Shown here piece after piece: positions 50,451 to 64,000 of a DNA stretch of 64,000 nt. Positions within the stretch are counted from its first letter, which is position 1. The number at the start of each line of letters is the position of its first letter. Under the pieces are notes generated by a model, which worked only from the letters and a program-made list of their open reading frames with translations, ran no database searches and was not told the DNA's origin. A program made the position numbers and the translations under genes. The DNA lies in assembly GCA_032718475.1 (NCBI GenBank), contig JAUCBJ010001484.1, positions 1-64,000 on the forward strand, in the 5' to 3' direction. The stretch is from Nemertoderma westbladi (taxonomy: Eukaryota; Animalia; Xenacoelomorpha).

Positions 50451-53400
50451 TATTATTGTAATATTTTGACACCAGTCTACTTGTGAATGACATTGATCGT
50501 CATAATTGATATAATCGTGTCAATTGAAAATCGGATGAGGGTGACACCTGCCTTTAACACGTACCGGTACCCTACAACGCCCGACGCCCACTCACATACA
50601 TTACTGCTTCGGTACCAGACTAGCACCGACCTCAATTATTAGTATTACAATCACAGAATTAATGATATTATTAACATATTTCGGCAACCGGTAACTGAGG
50701 CCTATCAATAACAAACTAGGCCCTATAATAGTTACCTTTAACATGGAACCTACAAATTGCAATGGGTGGCATAAAAATATATTGTCTTCTAACTTGTGAG
50801 CCGATTTATCATTTTTGATGGGACCTTAATTATCCATATCGCACTCCCACTCGCACACAGCATTATGCATTAGGCCTAGTCTTTAGTTTTTTGAATTCTT
50901 CCTATTTTGCTATATTGCATTAACAAATTCCGGAAATTCAGTGCTGTTGCAGTGGAGCAGTGCTACCGGTAAAACAAAAATATATCGGTGCCGTAGGCCT
51001 ACTCGTACAGGTACAATAGAGTGTAGGGAGAAGGGAGATCCGATCTGATCCCCTGGGCCGATTTTTCCCGCTGAATTTGGCTATCAAATCGCAAAAGAAA
51101 CCAAAACTTCTATGCAATTTTTCTTTTTAAAAGGTAGTAGGCCTAAAGCAGATAGTTAGAGCTTCTATTATGGATGCTTAAGCTTACGGTATTGTTAATG
51201 TTCGATTTGATAAGTAAAAACATTAGGCCTACAGTATTAACATAACGGTGTCAGGCTAATGAAATAAATGTTAATAGGTATAGGCCTAGTATCAACTCCT
51301 CAAATTACAATTCGTAGATTCTGAGATTACACACAGGCCTATTCTAAACATATTCAAAATTAAAAACATTCGCCATATTAGCCTCAAACATAACAAAGTC
51401 TCGTCCTCGTCAGCGGCAGCTCCATTTCATTTCTGTTGTTTTAGAAATACAATCTACCGGTTGCCTACCGCCTACGGTTTCGATGGAAGGGAACGAACAC
51501 CCTAACATACCGGTACTGATCTGATCTGAAATATTTGCGGTACAGGTAGGCCAACACTGCTGCACTGCTACAGATGAGTTGTTGTCTTGTTGATGTATGA
51601 AACCTTAAGTACCATATTATATTGACATTGTGGCCCGTATACCGGTACTACCAGGACCATTGTATAAAGAATAAAGCTCTTCAACAAACCCGCAGCCGCA
51701 GCCGCAGGCTCATTCATTTTCATAGTTTTGAGCTGAGAAAAACGAGTTTAAAGAATCAATAATTTTCTAGCAATAAAACAGCTGATAATAACATTATTGG
51801 AGGGAAATTCAAATCAGTTTCGATTCTACATGTTTTTTAGTGGTTATTTTGTTGTAGTATTAGTTTTTCTATGTAACTACTGTAAACCATTCATTACGAA
51901 GAGGAATTGAAATGATAATTTTGCGGTATTTTCCTTGTGAACGTTATTGTTATTTTATCATTTTACAAATATTATGTTATATGTTACATAACATTTTTGC
52001 AAAATTTTCTAAAAATTTTCTCAAATTTTTTTATGTACCTTTATGATGGGCTATCTTGGGGTGACAGGTTTTCACCATCGAGTGGAACATTTCTTGACTC
52101 TGGGACTCGACGGTCATTCAGATAAATTTTTTCTCGAAAGTTTGTAGAAAATTTTGCTTTCAATCTGGGTAGACGTAGAACTCCCCTTAAAACTATATTG
52201 TGTAAAAAACTTTTCTAAAATTATACACAGCATTTTATCCCATAACACAAGAACTAAAATAGATCTCAAAAAAACCACTTGATTATTTGAAATCTCTGGA
52301 AAATGTTGCATCTAACCACCCAATGAAAAATTTTGGCCACGTTACATTTCTATTGTGACCGCCATGTAATTTAAAATTCTAAAAATTATAGATTTGGCAG
52401 TTAATTAATTATATTATACCTATCATATGCAAACAGTTTAGCTTGGCAACGATTCTTATATGACCAGGTGTAACTCAAATTTACCAGAAAAAAACAATAT
52501 TTATAATTAATATAATATACGAACTACATGTAATAAGTTATTGTTTTTAAATTATCTATTATGTTTTGTTTAGTTAATAATTATTAACTATAAGTATACT
52601 ATTATATAGTAATAATACCTATACGGCCATATCTCTTATATAATGGTCGTACGCCCACGCATACGTGTTGCTTCCCAGATTGGTTATCCAATGACAAATT
52701 GGGATGCATGATGTTTGATGATGCAATGTCGTAATATAAAAGTATACAATTATTAATGACCTTAACTTTGGTAGACAGTATAGATGATATCTCATATTAT
52801 TACATTATTTATATATTTTTTAAATTAGATTAAATTATAGGGCTTACTCTCACCCAATAATGTATACATTACATGAAAATATAATTTTAAGGTTATTTTA
52901 TCCCCTTCCATTTGGCGTCCTTGGTCCATTTACTCGAATACAATGGGTTGGTCTGTTTCGGTTCAGATACATTTCTGCATCACCAGTCAGGAAGTGACAT
53001 CAACGTAGTTGTAAAATTTATTGATTTCGAGACCAGTCAACTGCTGGCCGTATTGTTGTGTAGTCAAAGTAGTCCTTGCCTATACTACTAGGACATATAA
53101 GTGCACCCCCTCCCCAATATATTCCTAATATTCCTAGGCAAGAGACAAGCCCTACTAATCACGTGCATAGGCCCCTTAGCTGAGTTAAGCCCAAATCACC
53201 CGCTGTGTTTCCAACATTCCCTCTTCGGAGTTTGGCCCTAAATGGGGGGCCCCTTGCCGTTGCATAGCCTAGCGGCATATACTGTGTCCTTTCCATAGAC
53301 TCGAGCTATTACTTCGCGCATGACTGGTCCATCCCTCGTAATAACGGTCCCACCACACAATAGATTCCCAATTACGACTGTGGGGCCAATTTGCGAGTGA

Positions 53401-54539
53401 AAGGGCCAGGAGATATATGAAGGCCCAGAGTTGTCACTAATTTGGGAGTCTGATAAGAGATCAACCGGAGCCAATCTATTGAACTCTGCCAATGTCATTG
53501 CAGGGGCAAATCTCCATTGTTGAGCATAACAAGGACATAAACTAGGAATACTGGCCGCTCAATTTGGCCAACAAGCAATCTTATTTGTCATATGTGAATG
53601 AATAGAGGTTGTCTGAGAGGGATATATATATATATTAAACAGGTTTATAAACGTCCTTACCCTGGTTGGTTTACTATCGGTTGTTGTTGTGAATAAAACA
53701 ATAATATATGACGTGTTATGAACTTGCGCTGTACCGCTGTTTATATCTATTGCAGTATTGTTGTCCCTCCTCATAGGACCATGTGAAGCATACTAGGTTT
53801 CACATAAGGACTGAATCTAACCAAATCAATAAACGAATTGGTATCTGTACAGGTTATAAGAAAGAAATAAGCGCTATAACACTTAAAAATAAGGATAAAT
53901 TTTAAAATATACAAATGCTTCATTCCAATAAAATAAATTAAATAAATTTCAATAAAACTTCGACCAAAAAGTGCTAACCTATATTCTTAACATTCATCAG
54001 TTGCTCATCAGTTGAGACTTCCTCTTATTATTGTCCCTCTCGCATCCGTATGTATATGATTTAGAAAACGAGGTAATACCCTCGGTTGTTATACTATGGT
54101 TGAATTACTAACCCAAGCCTACTTACCCTAAAATATATTACCAAAACGCAATAATTTTTATTGTCCGTTTAAATCACTCATGATGTCCTTTTTTTTACTT
54201 TTTATGTCCTCCAGAAATTTACCGTTATGCTACCGGTTTCTCTACTGCTGTTCTCTCAGGCTATCAGTACCGGTATTAGTATATGATAGAGCACTATTTT
54301 GCAGTATTGCTGTATTGTATGTACAGATGTATAAAGCAGGTATGTTAGGTATTTTAGTACCGGTACCGGCACCGGTACTGCTGTAGGCCTACTGTGTAGC
54401 CTACCATTTAAATACTGTAATGGTAGGCCTACCGGCTGACCGGTTGTGCTAATAAATTTTAAATAATTGATAGGCCAAAGTCTCGTTAAGCTGTCCCATT
54501 CCCTCAAATGTTCATGACATAGTTTATTGTTATGTTCAT

Positions 54540-54960
54540 GACATAGTTTATTGTTTTGGTTAAAAAATTCCGCCTCTGTAAACCTGCTCCTTTCCCTGAA
54601 TTGGTAAAGTGACCGTTTATTGTTTTGGTTAGAAAGGCCCACCTCTGTAACCTGCTCCTTTTCCCTGATTTGGTAAAGTGACCGTTTATTGTTTTGGTTA
54701 GAAAAGACCATCCATGTAACCTGCTCCTTTCCTTCATTTGGTAAAGTGATTGTTTATTGTTTTGGTTAGAAAATCCCGCCTCTGTAACCTGCTCCTTTCT
54801 CTGATTTAGTAAAGTGACCGTTTATTGTTCTGCTTAGAAAGGCTAGCCTCTGTAACACCTGCTCCTTTTCTTCATTTGGTAAAGTGACTGTTTATTGTTT
54901 TGGTTAGAAAATCCGGCCTTAACCTGCTCCTTTCCATCAATTGGTAATTGTTTTTGGCTA
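54540..54960. repeat. Tandem ~68-69 bp repeat, about 6 copies (TTGGTAAAGTGACCGTTTATTGTTTTGGTTAGAAA...TGTAACCTGCTCCTTT)
   Basis: Unit starts at 54601, 54670, 54738; single related copies at ~37890-37940 (inverted) and ~58543-58600. Confidence 0.9.
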
Positions 54961-57900
54961 TAAAATGAGTGTTTTGCTACGTCATGCCTCATGTGGTAAT
55001 CGATTATCGACAACAACCACAAACTATAAAATTTAGAGTCTTTTACCACAGGCTGACAGGAGCATATGGAAATCTATCTCATAGTCTATAAATCATGGAA
55101 TTTTGAATGTTTTGGCACAGGCATAGTGAAACCAACTGTCCGAAAGACCAGAAATCAACAAATTTTGAATGTTTTGGCCTAGGCATGTTGAAATCAACTG
55201 TCTGACAGTCCAGAAATCAGCAGTCTGACAGTTTGAAGAAATACATAATAAAAAGTCATTAAAGGACGACAAAAGTCATTAAAGGGACAACAAAAGTCAT
55301 TATGCACAATTCGTAAAAAAAGGAGGACAAAAAAAGTCAAATAAAAGGACACAACAAATCACTGCCTTACCAAAATGGAACAAGCTTCGGGTGAGAATTT
55401 AATTTTGCGAAATTTAATTTTAAGTTGATTAACGAGAATGTTGCGTACGATTCTATCCATCCAAGCAAGTATGATATACACCCCATGTAACCCTGCCTGG
55501 ACGCGACAAGACCCAACAGGACCGCTAAATGAAGCTAACTAAAAACTAAAAACCTGTTAGTAAATCACCTCGTTACGCCCAGTTTGCATAGACTGACGGA
55601 AGGAACCAATCAATAAACGACGAGTTTTAGAAATACTGGAAAAATTCATAGTTGAATTAAAATGTGCGATGTGTAGTACTGTACTTCCCACACAGAGTTG
55701 TTAATTTCATGTTTGGAAGTCCTACAAGAGACATATTTTGTATTTTGTAAAGTTTTTATAACAATTTTCATCTTGTTAGACCTACCAATTAGAGTTAGAA
55801 ATGCTTAGTTTGTTCCTGCCCATAAGCCATCAGTGATTATTCAATAATTATGGCAAAATGCATTAATGAATTAAATAATCCATTGTAAAAATGTTAATTG
55901 TAAATTCCACCACTACAGTGTGTTTTATTATTCTAAATTCATGGCCAGCCAAAATTGAAAGATTTCAACATTAGTGTGATATACACGAGCACAGGCGTGT
56001 TTTATTTATTTATTATTATCTTATTGTTTGCTTCATCGCGTAACAAGAGTCACTTTTCAGCCAATTTCAAATTCTATAAAACAATTGGGGCGGGTTCTGT
56101 CAACCACGCTAGTGGATGGAGTTTCCTAATCCCCCCTAACACCTTGTCTTCTGATAATTCACTGTCAGCCAGCATCACCTTCTAACCAGCCCGCAGCGTA
56201 AACCAATTGGATTTCGTAAATTCAATTGTTTCCGTCCTTGAGCCCTTAGGAAAACCCTTCCATTTCTGTGATTACAGACAGAGTGTCACTGATCATCACT
56301 GCTGCCGCCCATGCGCTGCATTTAATTTAGCTGGCATTACAATTTTTGCTAGGTCAAATATGTTCTGCAGCTAAAAATACAGATAACATTTTCAAACTAA
56401 ATTTAACTTTTATTTACTTACACACGAATTATGACTTGGTACTAAATGCCATTAAATTGCAATATAAATTAATAAAATCATGACTAGGTAATTTTTTGAA
56501 CTGATTAAATGTCCTATTACCATAGGGCTCTAACTTCAAAGGCCATAGGAGGGAAAATTGGTTGGGAGATTTGATGGACGCTACTCGCAAATTGTATTTG
56601 GAGCCTCAACTTTGATTTGATGAAATTATACCAATATAACAAGGTGTGCGGGAGGTGTGTCAGTGGGTGGCCTCACCAGGGGCAATCTGCAATCTGCTTG
56701 ACAAGATTGAAGCTGCTCGCAGCCATTCGCCTACAGCGGATAAGGTCATACTAATCTTCGGAGTGGTTCACTTACAGGTATAGATGCAAAAGCCATGGAT
56801 TTGTCAAGGAAATGGCCAATTTCCCTAATTTTATTCCTCTTCTGCTAAGGACTGCGCGTTGTAAAGTACTTTTACTATTAAAGTGTCTGACATTACTTAT
56901 TATGAATATATTCAGACCAAACAAACAATAATGATGGATGCAGGACTAATGGAATCGCTTCACCTCTTGCTAGTTCTGTACTTATAACTAACCTTGTTTG
57001 TTTGTTCGATGTTTACATAGTGTTTCACATCCTCATCTCCATATCTTTACTCTGCACATAATGCCTAGGCCTTCAGTCATCTCTGTATATAGTCCATTAT
57101 CCGCTTATGGTAACTTTCTCCACTTAGTTGTCTTTTTTGGTCATCTCTGCAAAGGCTTACAAAGAGACCGGTGATCAACGAAACTTGTCTTTATAAAACT
57201 AGAAGAAACGTCAATCGTAATAGTTTTTAGATACTATTATATTTCGTTATATTAATTTATTTAACAAAACAAAACAAAATTAATGCATTAATAAAACTCA
57301 TGCCGAGACGAAATTTGTAAATAATTATTATCATTTTGCAGGATATTGGCTTTTGCATTTTATTTATATATTAATTGATTTAAATATATCTATTGTTTAT
57401 ATTATTGTAACAAAGTTCCTTTTTTTTAACTTCTCGAGTTTAGATGTCTCTCCTTTTCTTGTATTCAACTCATCATTATCCCGCACATTCTCCCATGGAT
57501 TCAGAATTTTGTTATTATTCTGGTTTATTATTTAAACGATGTCATCCCTATTCCGTATAATATCCGCTTTGTTGTTGGAAAAATGCATCAATCCAGTACC
57601 CTCAGTCTTGTGTAGTCCATTAAAATTTGTGCTAATCCGTGCATAATAAGTATGACGTGTGACATTGACTGTAGCCTAATAAAGTTACAACATCTTACCT
57701 GACCTTGATTCTAGTAATTAAAGCAAATGCGAGGGTAGGACTGCGGAAGAATTAATCGCAGGAAATAATCAATCTTCTTGTTTGTTGGTTGAAACATAGG
57801 CTACTGATACCTCAGTGCAATGCCTTCTGCACTGTTATCAAAAATATATTAATGATTCGCCATTATGTTGTTAAATTTTTTGGTTTTGAAATTTTCTAGG

Positions 57901-60900
57901 ATGGAACCTAAGTTTTATGATTTATCAGAATGAATAGTCACATAAATATTACGGCCAATTCACACCCTATAAAATATTATAACTCACACCAAGGGGGGGG
58001 GGGGGGGGGGGGGGGGGGAGTTGACTCTCCCACCCTCAGCTGATGTGATGGTTTCAAGGTTCAAGTACTATGGTAAGGTACTATTATCGTCCTTGCTTAT
58101 GTTTCCCTCTCGACAAACACCGGATTTGGTTAAAATTACGTTCATCGATGTTGCTAATGGATTGAAAGGATAGCGCGAATGTCTATCAGTTGGGACTGGC
58201 AGCGAACTAATACATATTTGTTATATGAGTAAATTCACTGTCCACACCACGAAAGAAACCATTGCATATTATTATATTCTGTCAATGGCAGTAAGGGCAG
58301 ACGCAGGCCTAAATGTGTGTTAGTAAATAAGTGTCTTTTGAGGTTTATGCATGTGTAAAAGTTTTAATAAGAATGGTTGAATTATTTTAAGTATTTTTAA
58401 TATTTAAGCAATGGAGAAACAACTTTTCATTAAAATTTGCTTGTTTAAATAGTGTACTTATTTGCGGGAGAAAACAGAATAATCTGAGTAACCGACAGCT
58501 GCCTACCACAGTCGACATCGACAAATATGAAACTCTTTACTTTCGTTTATTGTTTTGGTTAGAGAATAACCTTCCACAGTAAACCGTTCCTTTTCCTCAA
58601 TAGTTAATTAACATTAATTAGCTTTAATAATGGTTTTCGGATTTGGTTGTCAGTTGTCGACGTAGTGTGCGGTAGTCGTAATAGAATCAACAAGGGGGTT
58701 TGTGAAATTAGTGTCAATGTCCACATCAGTATCACAGACGAAAAGCAAACCGGAACAAAAATATTCCATGATAGCGCTCCTTCTGCGCACCTCTGTAGAA
58801 CAAAAAGTCACGACGATTTTCACCTGCTTGAGAGGGATGAATATTAATTGCGTCTATTTGTCCAGTAATACCGGCATATATCTATAGCAAGTAACAAAAA
58901 TACTATAACTTGCTCAGTAAGTAGTTTTAGTATACTCTATTGCCTCCTCGAACAGCATAAAAATTCGTCTTTTTCCAAGAATACTATAAAGGCCTCTACT
59001 ATCCCTTGACTTAAATTATATCCGCCGTAATTCTATAGAAGGGGCCATTATTGGGCCGTATAGAATGCACACCAATGTAATATATTGACTACATTTAGTT
59101 TTGTATTGCATCGCGTAGGCTGCGCGGCCCTACCGTTAAAGTTTGCCCCAATTGTTGTTGCTTAGAACCACAGAATGTATCTGTCAATCACGAATGTGTT
59201 TTGGGGACTCTCTTGATTTCTTCCTGGCCAAACCCATTAGTGGTGGGCCCGTATCTCTATCGGGGCATGATAGTAAAATACATGGCTTAACCCGCCATCT
59301 ACGTCGCGAGCAACTACTGGGACGATGGCAGGTGAGGAGGAATGCAGGTTCTAGCTACTAGGTTTTTATACTGAAGGTTACCTAACCGGCCCTTTTGAGT
59401 GTCAGGTAATTCTGTGTTTGGCCAACCCCAATGACCAGCCATTGCATCTGGAATGTGCCTCGGTGCCGCTTTATCGCAGATAGGATCTACGTTCGGATGC
59501 TAGGTGAGGCTTCACTTTCGGCTCACTTAGTCACAACATAATTGAATTAAGTCGGCCTCAAATCGACAATATGATGCGTGGATGCCTTAAGGATCATTGC
59601 ATAACCGGCCTGCCTGCCTGGAATAACCTCACACAAACAAAATAATTTGACGAGGTGTCATCCAATTGAATAAAATATGTTGACACGCTGCTAATTGTAC
59701 CTATTATAACATCATCTATTCAATCAATATGGATGTGATTTGTAAGTTGATTACACAATAAATGATACGGGCTACTGAATATTCATTGGCCTCGTAAAAT
59801 TTTTATATTACTGTCAATAATTTAGGTTCATTACCGCCATCATGACATCATGCCATATTTAAGCATAATCTAGGCAGATATCAATTGATACATAACATAA
59901 TTATGTAGATGTTATAGCAACTATCACCAGAACAAACGAAATTATTCGTTAAGCATTTTGCATTCCAGCTGCAAAATTAGCTATAAATTCTGTCGTAGTA
60001 ATAGCTAAATCGTCTACGATGAACGTGCAACATTGTAAGCAATTATTTGATTCTTTCTCTGATGCATAGTCGCTATAACGACGTAAATGGTGCCACTTTA
60101 ATTGTGTGAGAAATAATCCAACCTATTTTTATACAAATTAATTTGATTACCCAATGCCGCCTCTCCCAGTACCCATATACGGACTATAATAGTCAAAATG
60201 TGCAAAACATTTGAGTAAGATTACTGTAAAATACACATACTTTCGCATTATGTTTGTACAGTGAGTGTGAGTGGGTGCAAAGTTCTACACACAAAGCACT
60301 ACAAGGTGATTCCTTAACTATCATCATATCATCACCGATTCATCTGGTAATATTTAGCATTTATGTTTTAAAACTCATGATTTAGAGGCATCGTGATCAA
60401 GCAATCTCTCTCTAGACCTTCTTAATAATGTTCTCAGGGTGAATGGGATACTTGACATATTCGACAGGATTGAAAATAATTATTAGAATGGTACATGGTG
60501 GTGTTGGTGATGACTGGTTTGGGCAATAGCTTGCCTGGTCAGTGCAGCTGGTCTGTGATGTACTATTGAGAATCAATACACCGCCGAATGAGGTATACTG
60601 GCATCCTCGGCGTATAGATCCGTGCAACTCCAGTTCACCCTACCGTTACACAGCGAACCACTCTTTTAAATCGATAACTAATTTTGCCAAAATAGACAAA
60701 TATTTCTACTGGCCACACACTAGTAGATTTGTTTGGCTATGGATTTAGAAGCAGCATGTTGATAGAGCAAGTTAGCTGTTTTGCATTGTAAACTTTACAT
60801 TGGATGTTTGAATTGCTAGGCGGGTAGGCTAGGCGTGCTTAGGGTTGGGGGATTTCGATTACAGAATTTACGTTCCTCTGTAGGCCGCAATTGGGCAGGG

Positions 60901-61434
60901 TATTTAATCTGCACAAATGACAGGTCGCCAATTTCTCGTTGTTTAATGAATTATTGAGCGTACTTGAGAGAATATATCCTTGTTGATGTATTATACTCAT
61001 TGATTGTTGAGCAAAATTTTGAAGTGGAGAAATTGGATAAATTAAATTACCCCCCCTCTACCCCCATCCCACCCAATCCCGCAGCGGGGGCAGCGTTGGC
61101 AACTGGATTTAAACGTGGCTTGACTTCGAGGTAGCCCTTGTGTTAATCCAAATGCGATTAAATAATCGAGTTTTCGCTTAATGAATTATATACCAGCATC
61201 ATTGATTCTCAATGCCAGTATTAAACAGTCGTGCAAATCACGCAAGAGCTGGCGCCAACGCGACACGAAGGAATAAAAATAAAAACCAGGCCGTGGCGCG
61301 GGTAAAGACAACATTTCAATTTATATTGACAACCCAGGTTGTATAACTTGATCTCATTGCTATTATGGTTGTAGTGACAACAAAACAAATAGTGCCCAGA
61401 CAAATACTGCCCAGACAACTCGCATCGGCCCATC

Positions 61435-62100
61435 GCTACTACTACTATTGTACTACTATCAGCATGCTTCATTGGAGCTTCAGTATATATATTACATATA
61501 CATATACATTACATATTACATATATATTAAGAATGCTGTGCCGGTTTGTTGCGCCACCACCACAACTCCCTGTCACCCATGACATTTGCTAGATCATCCA
61601 CATCTTCAAGGCCAGTGTCCTTAAAGAGGCGTCCCAAGAAAGTCTTGGGCTGTCCACCATGCTTATTTACTCCATGAGGCCGCCATAGCACAATTTTGTG
61701 CAATGGCAGGTCCATATGTTTAAAGCAATGCCCTGCAAAGCGGAGGCCGTCAATAAGTGTCCAGCCTGGGGGTACTAATAAAACTTCTCTATGTTGTATA
61801 GAGTCTGATTGGAGATGTGTTCAATGTATTTGACTCAATGAACCCGGCCAGCATTCTTGTGAAAGTGCTATCCAGGGATTTAGTATCCTCTGTAGTTAGA
61901 GCCCAGCATGGACTCCCATATAAATAGTACTGGTACAGTACTACTGCTGTCAGAAATAATCGAACCTTGAGATTCCTTTTTATTCTATGGGACTTCCAAA
62001 TCCTGGATAAACTATTAAATGCTGCCCACGCCTTCATCTTACGTATGCGAAGCGATCTCTAATCACCTAACTTCCGAATCCATGGTCCCAAGTAGTCATT
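61435..62100 (-). mobile_element. 5'-truncated decayed RTE-clade LINE 3' end
   Basis: KAWAAFNSLSRIWKS..LKVRLF..LYGSPCWALT..LDSTFTRML, LRFAGHC, VLWRP..KDTGL; (TAG)n-like tail at ~61435-61460. Confidence 0.8.
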
Positions 62101-62257
62101 CAACAATAGTCCATTATGGTTGAGGCCTGTCCAACAAGCGCGAACCACAAATAAACAAATGATTTTATACTTGATAGACCACTCCACCCTACCATTCTGA
62201 AATCAGTCGTATCATAACGGACTGGATATGTGTTGTCGAGGCAGGACTTATCTATAT

Positions 62258-62722
62258 TCAAATGATTAATATTTATGACAAGTAAGGGTCTTGCAAAAAA
62301 AGCAAACCGTCGGGGTCGGCCGAAGCCAGATGCGACCCTTTAGGCTATTATTTCGATAGCTGCTACCGAGGGTAGGGGTGGGTGCTACTCCTATCCAATG
62401 ATTTGATCCCAGTTATTTAACTGGTACTCATTTTATCGACCCCAGTGGATGAAAGGCTAATGCCATCAAGGGTCTTGAGCCACGGCTATTATACAATATT
62501 ATTAGTTCACCATAGAGCTATCATAAAGCTATCGGGTTTGTATAGGACCTATATCTTTCTAGGATTTGAATTTGTTTTAATTAAATTTTATTTATATAGC
62601 GGTTAATAATATACCGTAACCACTGAAGACGCGCGGAAAGCGTGGACTAACTCCTCTAAGGTAATAATGTTTTATAATAGCCCGTGGCTAAAGACACTTA
62701 CTTGTCATAATATTAATCATTT
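62258..62722. mobile_element. Inverted-repeat MITE interrupted by a SINE
   Basis: AAATGATTAATATTTATGACAAGTAAGGGTCTT[insert]GAGCCACGGCTATTATA versus TATAATAGCCCGTGGCTAAAGACACTTACTTGTCATAATATTAATCATTT. Confidence 0.75.
62294..62467 (-). mobile_element. 5'-truncated SINE with 10-bp target-site duplication AAGGGTCTTG
   Basis: TSD at 62284-62293 and 62468-62477; contains GCCTTTCATCC..GGGGTCGATAAAATGAGTACCAG on the - strand, resembling a conserved SINE central domain (recalled, not searched). Confidence 0.7.
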
Positions 62723-64000
62723 CGGCTTCCACCACGAAAATTATCGTTCCATTACATTAACTCGCTTGTTATCTATATTCCCTTCGGTTGTATTTGTTAT
62801 TACTGTACAATCAACAGTAAAATGAACTTAAATTTATTGAACACAATTTCGGCGCGTCCGATTCGATACGTGTTTCTACACATGTATGATTGTACTGAGA
62901 GTGAGAGAGGTAGTTACTTTTCGGAGTCACAGTCAATGCATGGAGGGGACATAAACTTGGGGTTAAGGACCACCTGCACTTTCTTCAAAAGGATTCAATG
63001 TCGTAAAGTAAAACAAATTAGGGTTACATGGATTAATCCATCAATAAAATCCATTGTTAAGAATCATATTTTGGTACCTAAACACCTGGACGGACACGAC
63101 TAGCGAATATTATGCCCCAGGCGGTGAGGTTAAGAATTTCCCGTAGCCACTTCGGCGTCTTTCTTTTAACCTTATTTGGTCTGAGTATTTTTAAAGAAAA
63201 AGATGAATTTATATAGCAATTTCAGAATTATTATGAAGTATCTCTACTCACTAGGTGCGGATGACAAATTTATAAAATAATAAAACTGAGACTGCACATG
63301 TATAGTTAATTAAGGGTAGTTTTAATTTATAAATTAATTTTAGCAGCCGGTGGGGGTGGGGGCTCCGAACTATCCACACTCCGCCGTTATGGAACTACCA
63401 CCTACCTACTCATGTGTTTTTTATCTGCTGGCTGTTTATTAACATTAAGGTTGAGGATAGCAGTATTGTTATATTCCAATTTACTTAATATCTATTCGTT
63501 TTTTTATCCTTTTGTCACAAGAGGAGAGGACCCACCCAGTACAGCAGTACAGAACTCCGGCATGTGTCCCGAAACCAGTCCCCCCAGGAGCACCAGCTTG
63601 ATTAGGCTATCGGTTTTGAGTGGGGCATCTCGACGCTCCCGTGCGACCGGAGCCATCGTCCGCCGAGGGCAGCCTCTATACCCAGACACCCTGAATGTCA
63701 AAGCATCAAACTACTACTAGAAACCCACGCATCGATTGTTTCAGCGGCAGCGATCGACTGAGGCAGGTTAATCAGGCCACATGACAGCTCGCGATAGTAG
63801 CATTATCCAGGTTTGCTTGGCCCCGGGGGACCAGTGCCTGTCAGTTCGGGATTGGCAGCAATAGGCCCGGGCAGGCCAGGCCATCCCCTGCCTACCAACC
63901 TACTCTAACACGATCAATTGTTTTAAGAGGATGAGGATATTTGAGTCGCAAATCCTGGGGATGCTTAGTACTAGCTAGTAAAGTATCTCACCCGGACCGC

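Noticed and set aside
54256-55049. ORFs with repeated SNQNNKRSLYQ
   Set aside because: Translations of the 68-bp non-coding tandem repeat.

Overview
Eukaryotic (animal, probably invertebrate bilaterian) genomic DNA, AT-rich and repeat-laden. It has two convergent spliced genes. (1) A + strand gene has six in-window coding exons (16617-32821) whose splice phases all match. It encodes a long Ser/Pro-rich, apparently disordered protein with no domain I recognise; its largest exon contains two +1 frame breaks, and one of its 5' splice sites is amplified into an array of about 50 tandem copies. (2) A - strand SoxB1-type HMG-box gene (45100-49685) has at least two introns, one inside the HMG box, and is followed by about 14 kb of gene-free upstream DNA. 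The left end holds an apparently uninterrupted CR1/L2-group LINE ORF2 (APE endonuclease + RT, runs off the window) preceded by a 2A-like GDIQPNPGP peptide, next to an 11.5-kb 29-bp satellite with about 2.9-kb higher-order duplications. The rest comprises a (GGGTTC)n tract, a 25/28-bp satellite, decayed RTE LINEs, tRNA-derived SINEs and several foldback MITEs. Everything was read by eye; repeat boundaries and copy numbers are approximate.
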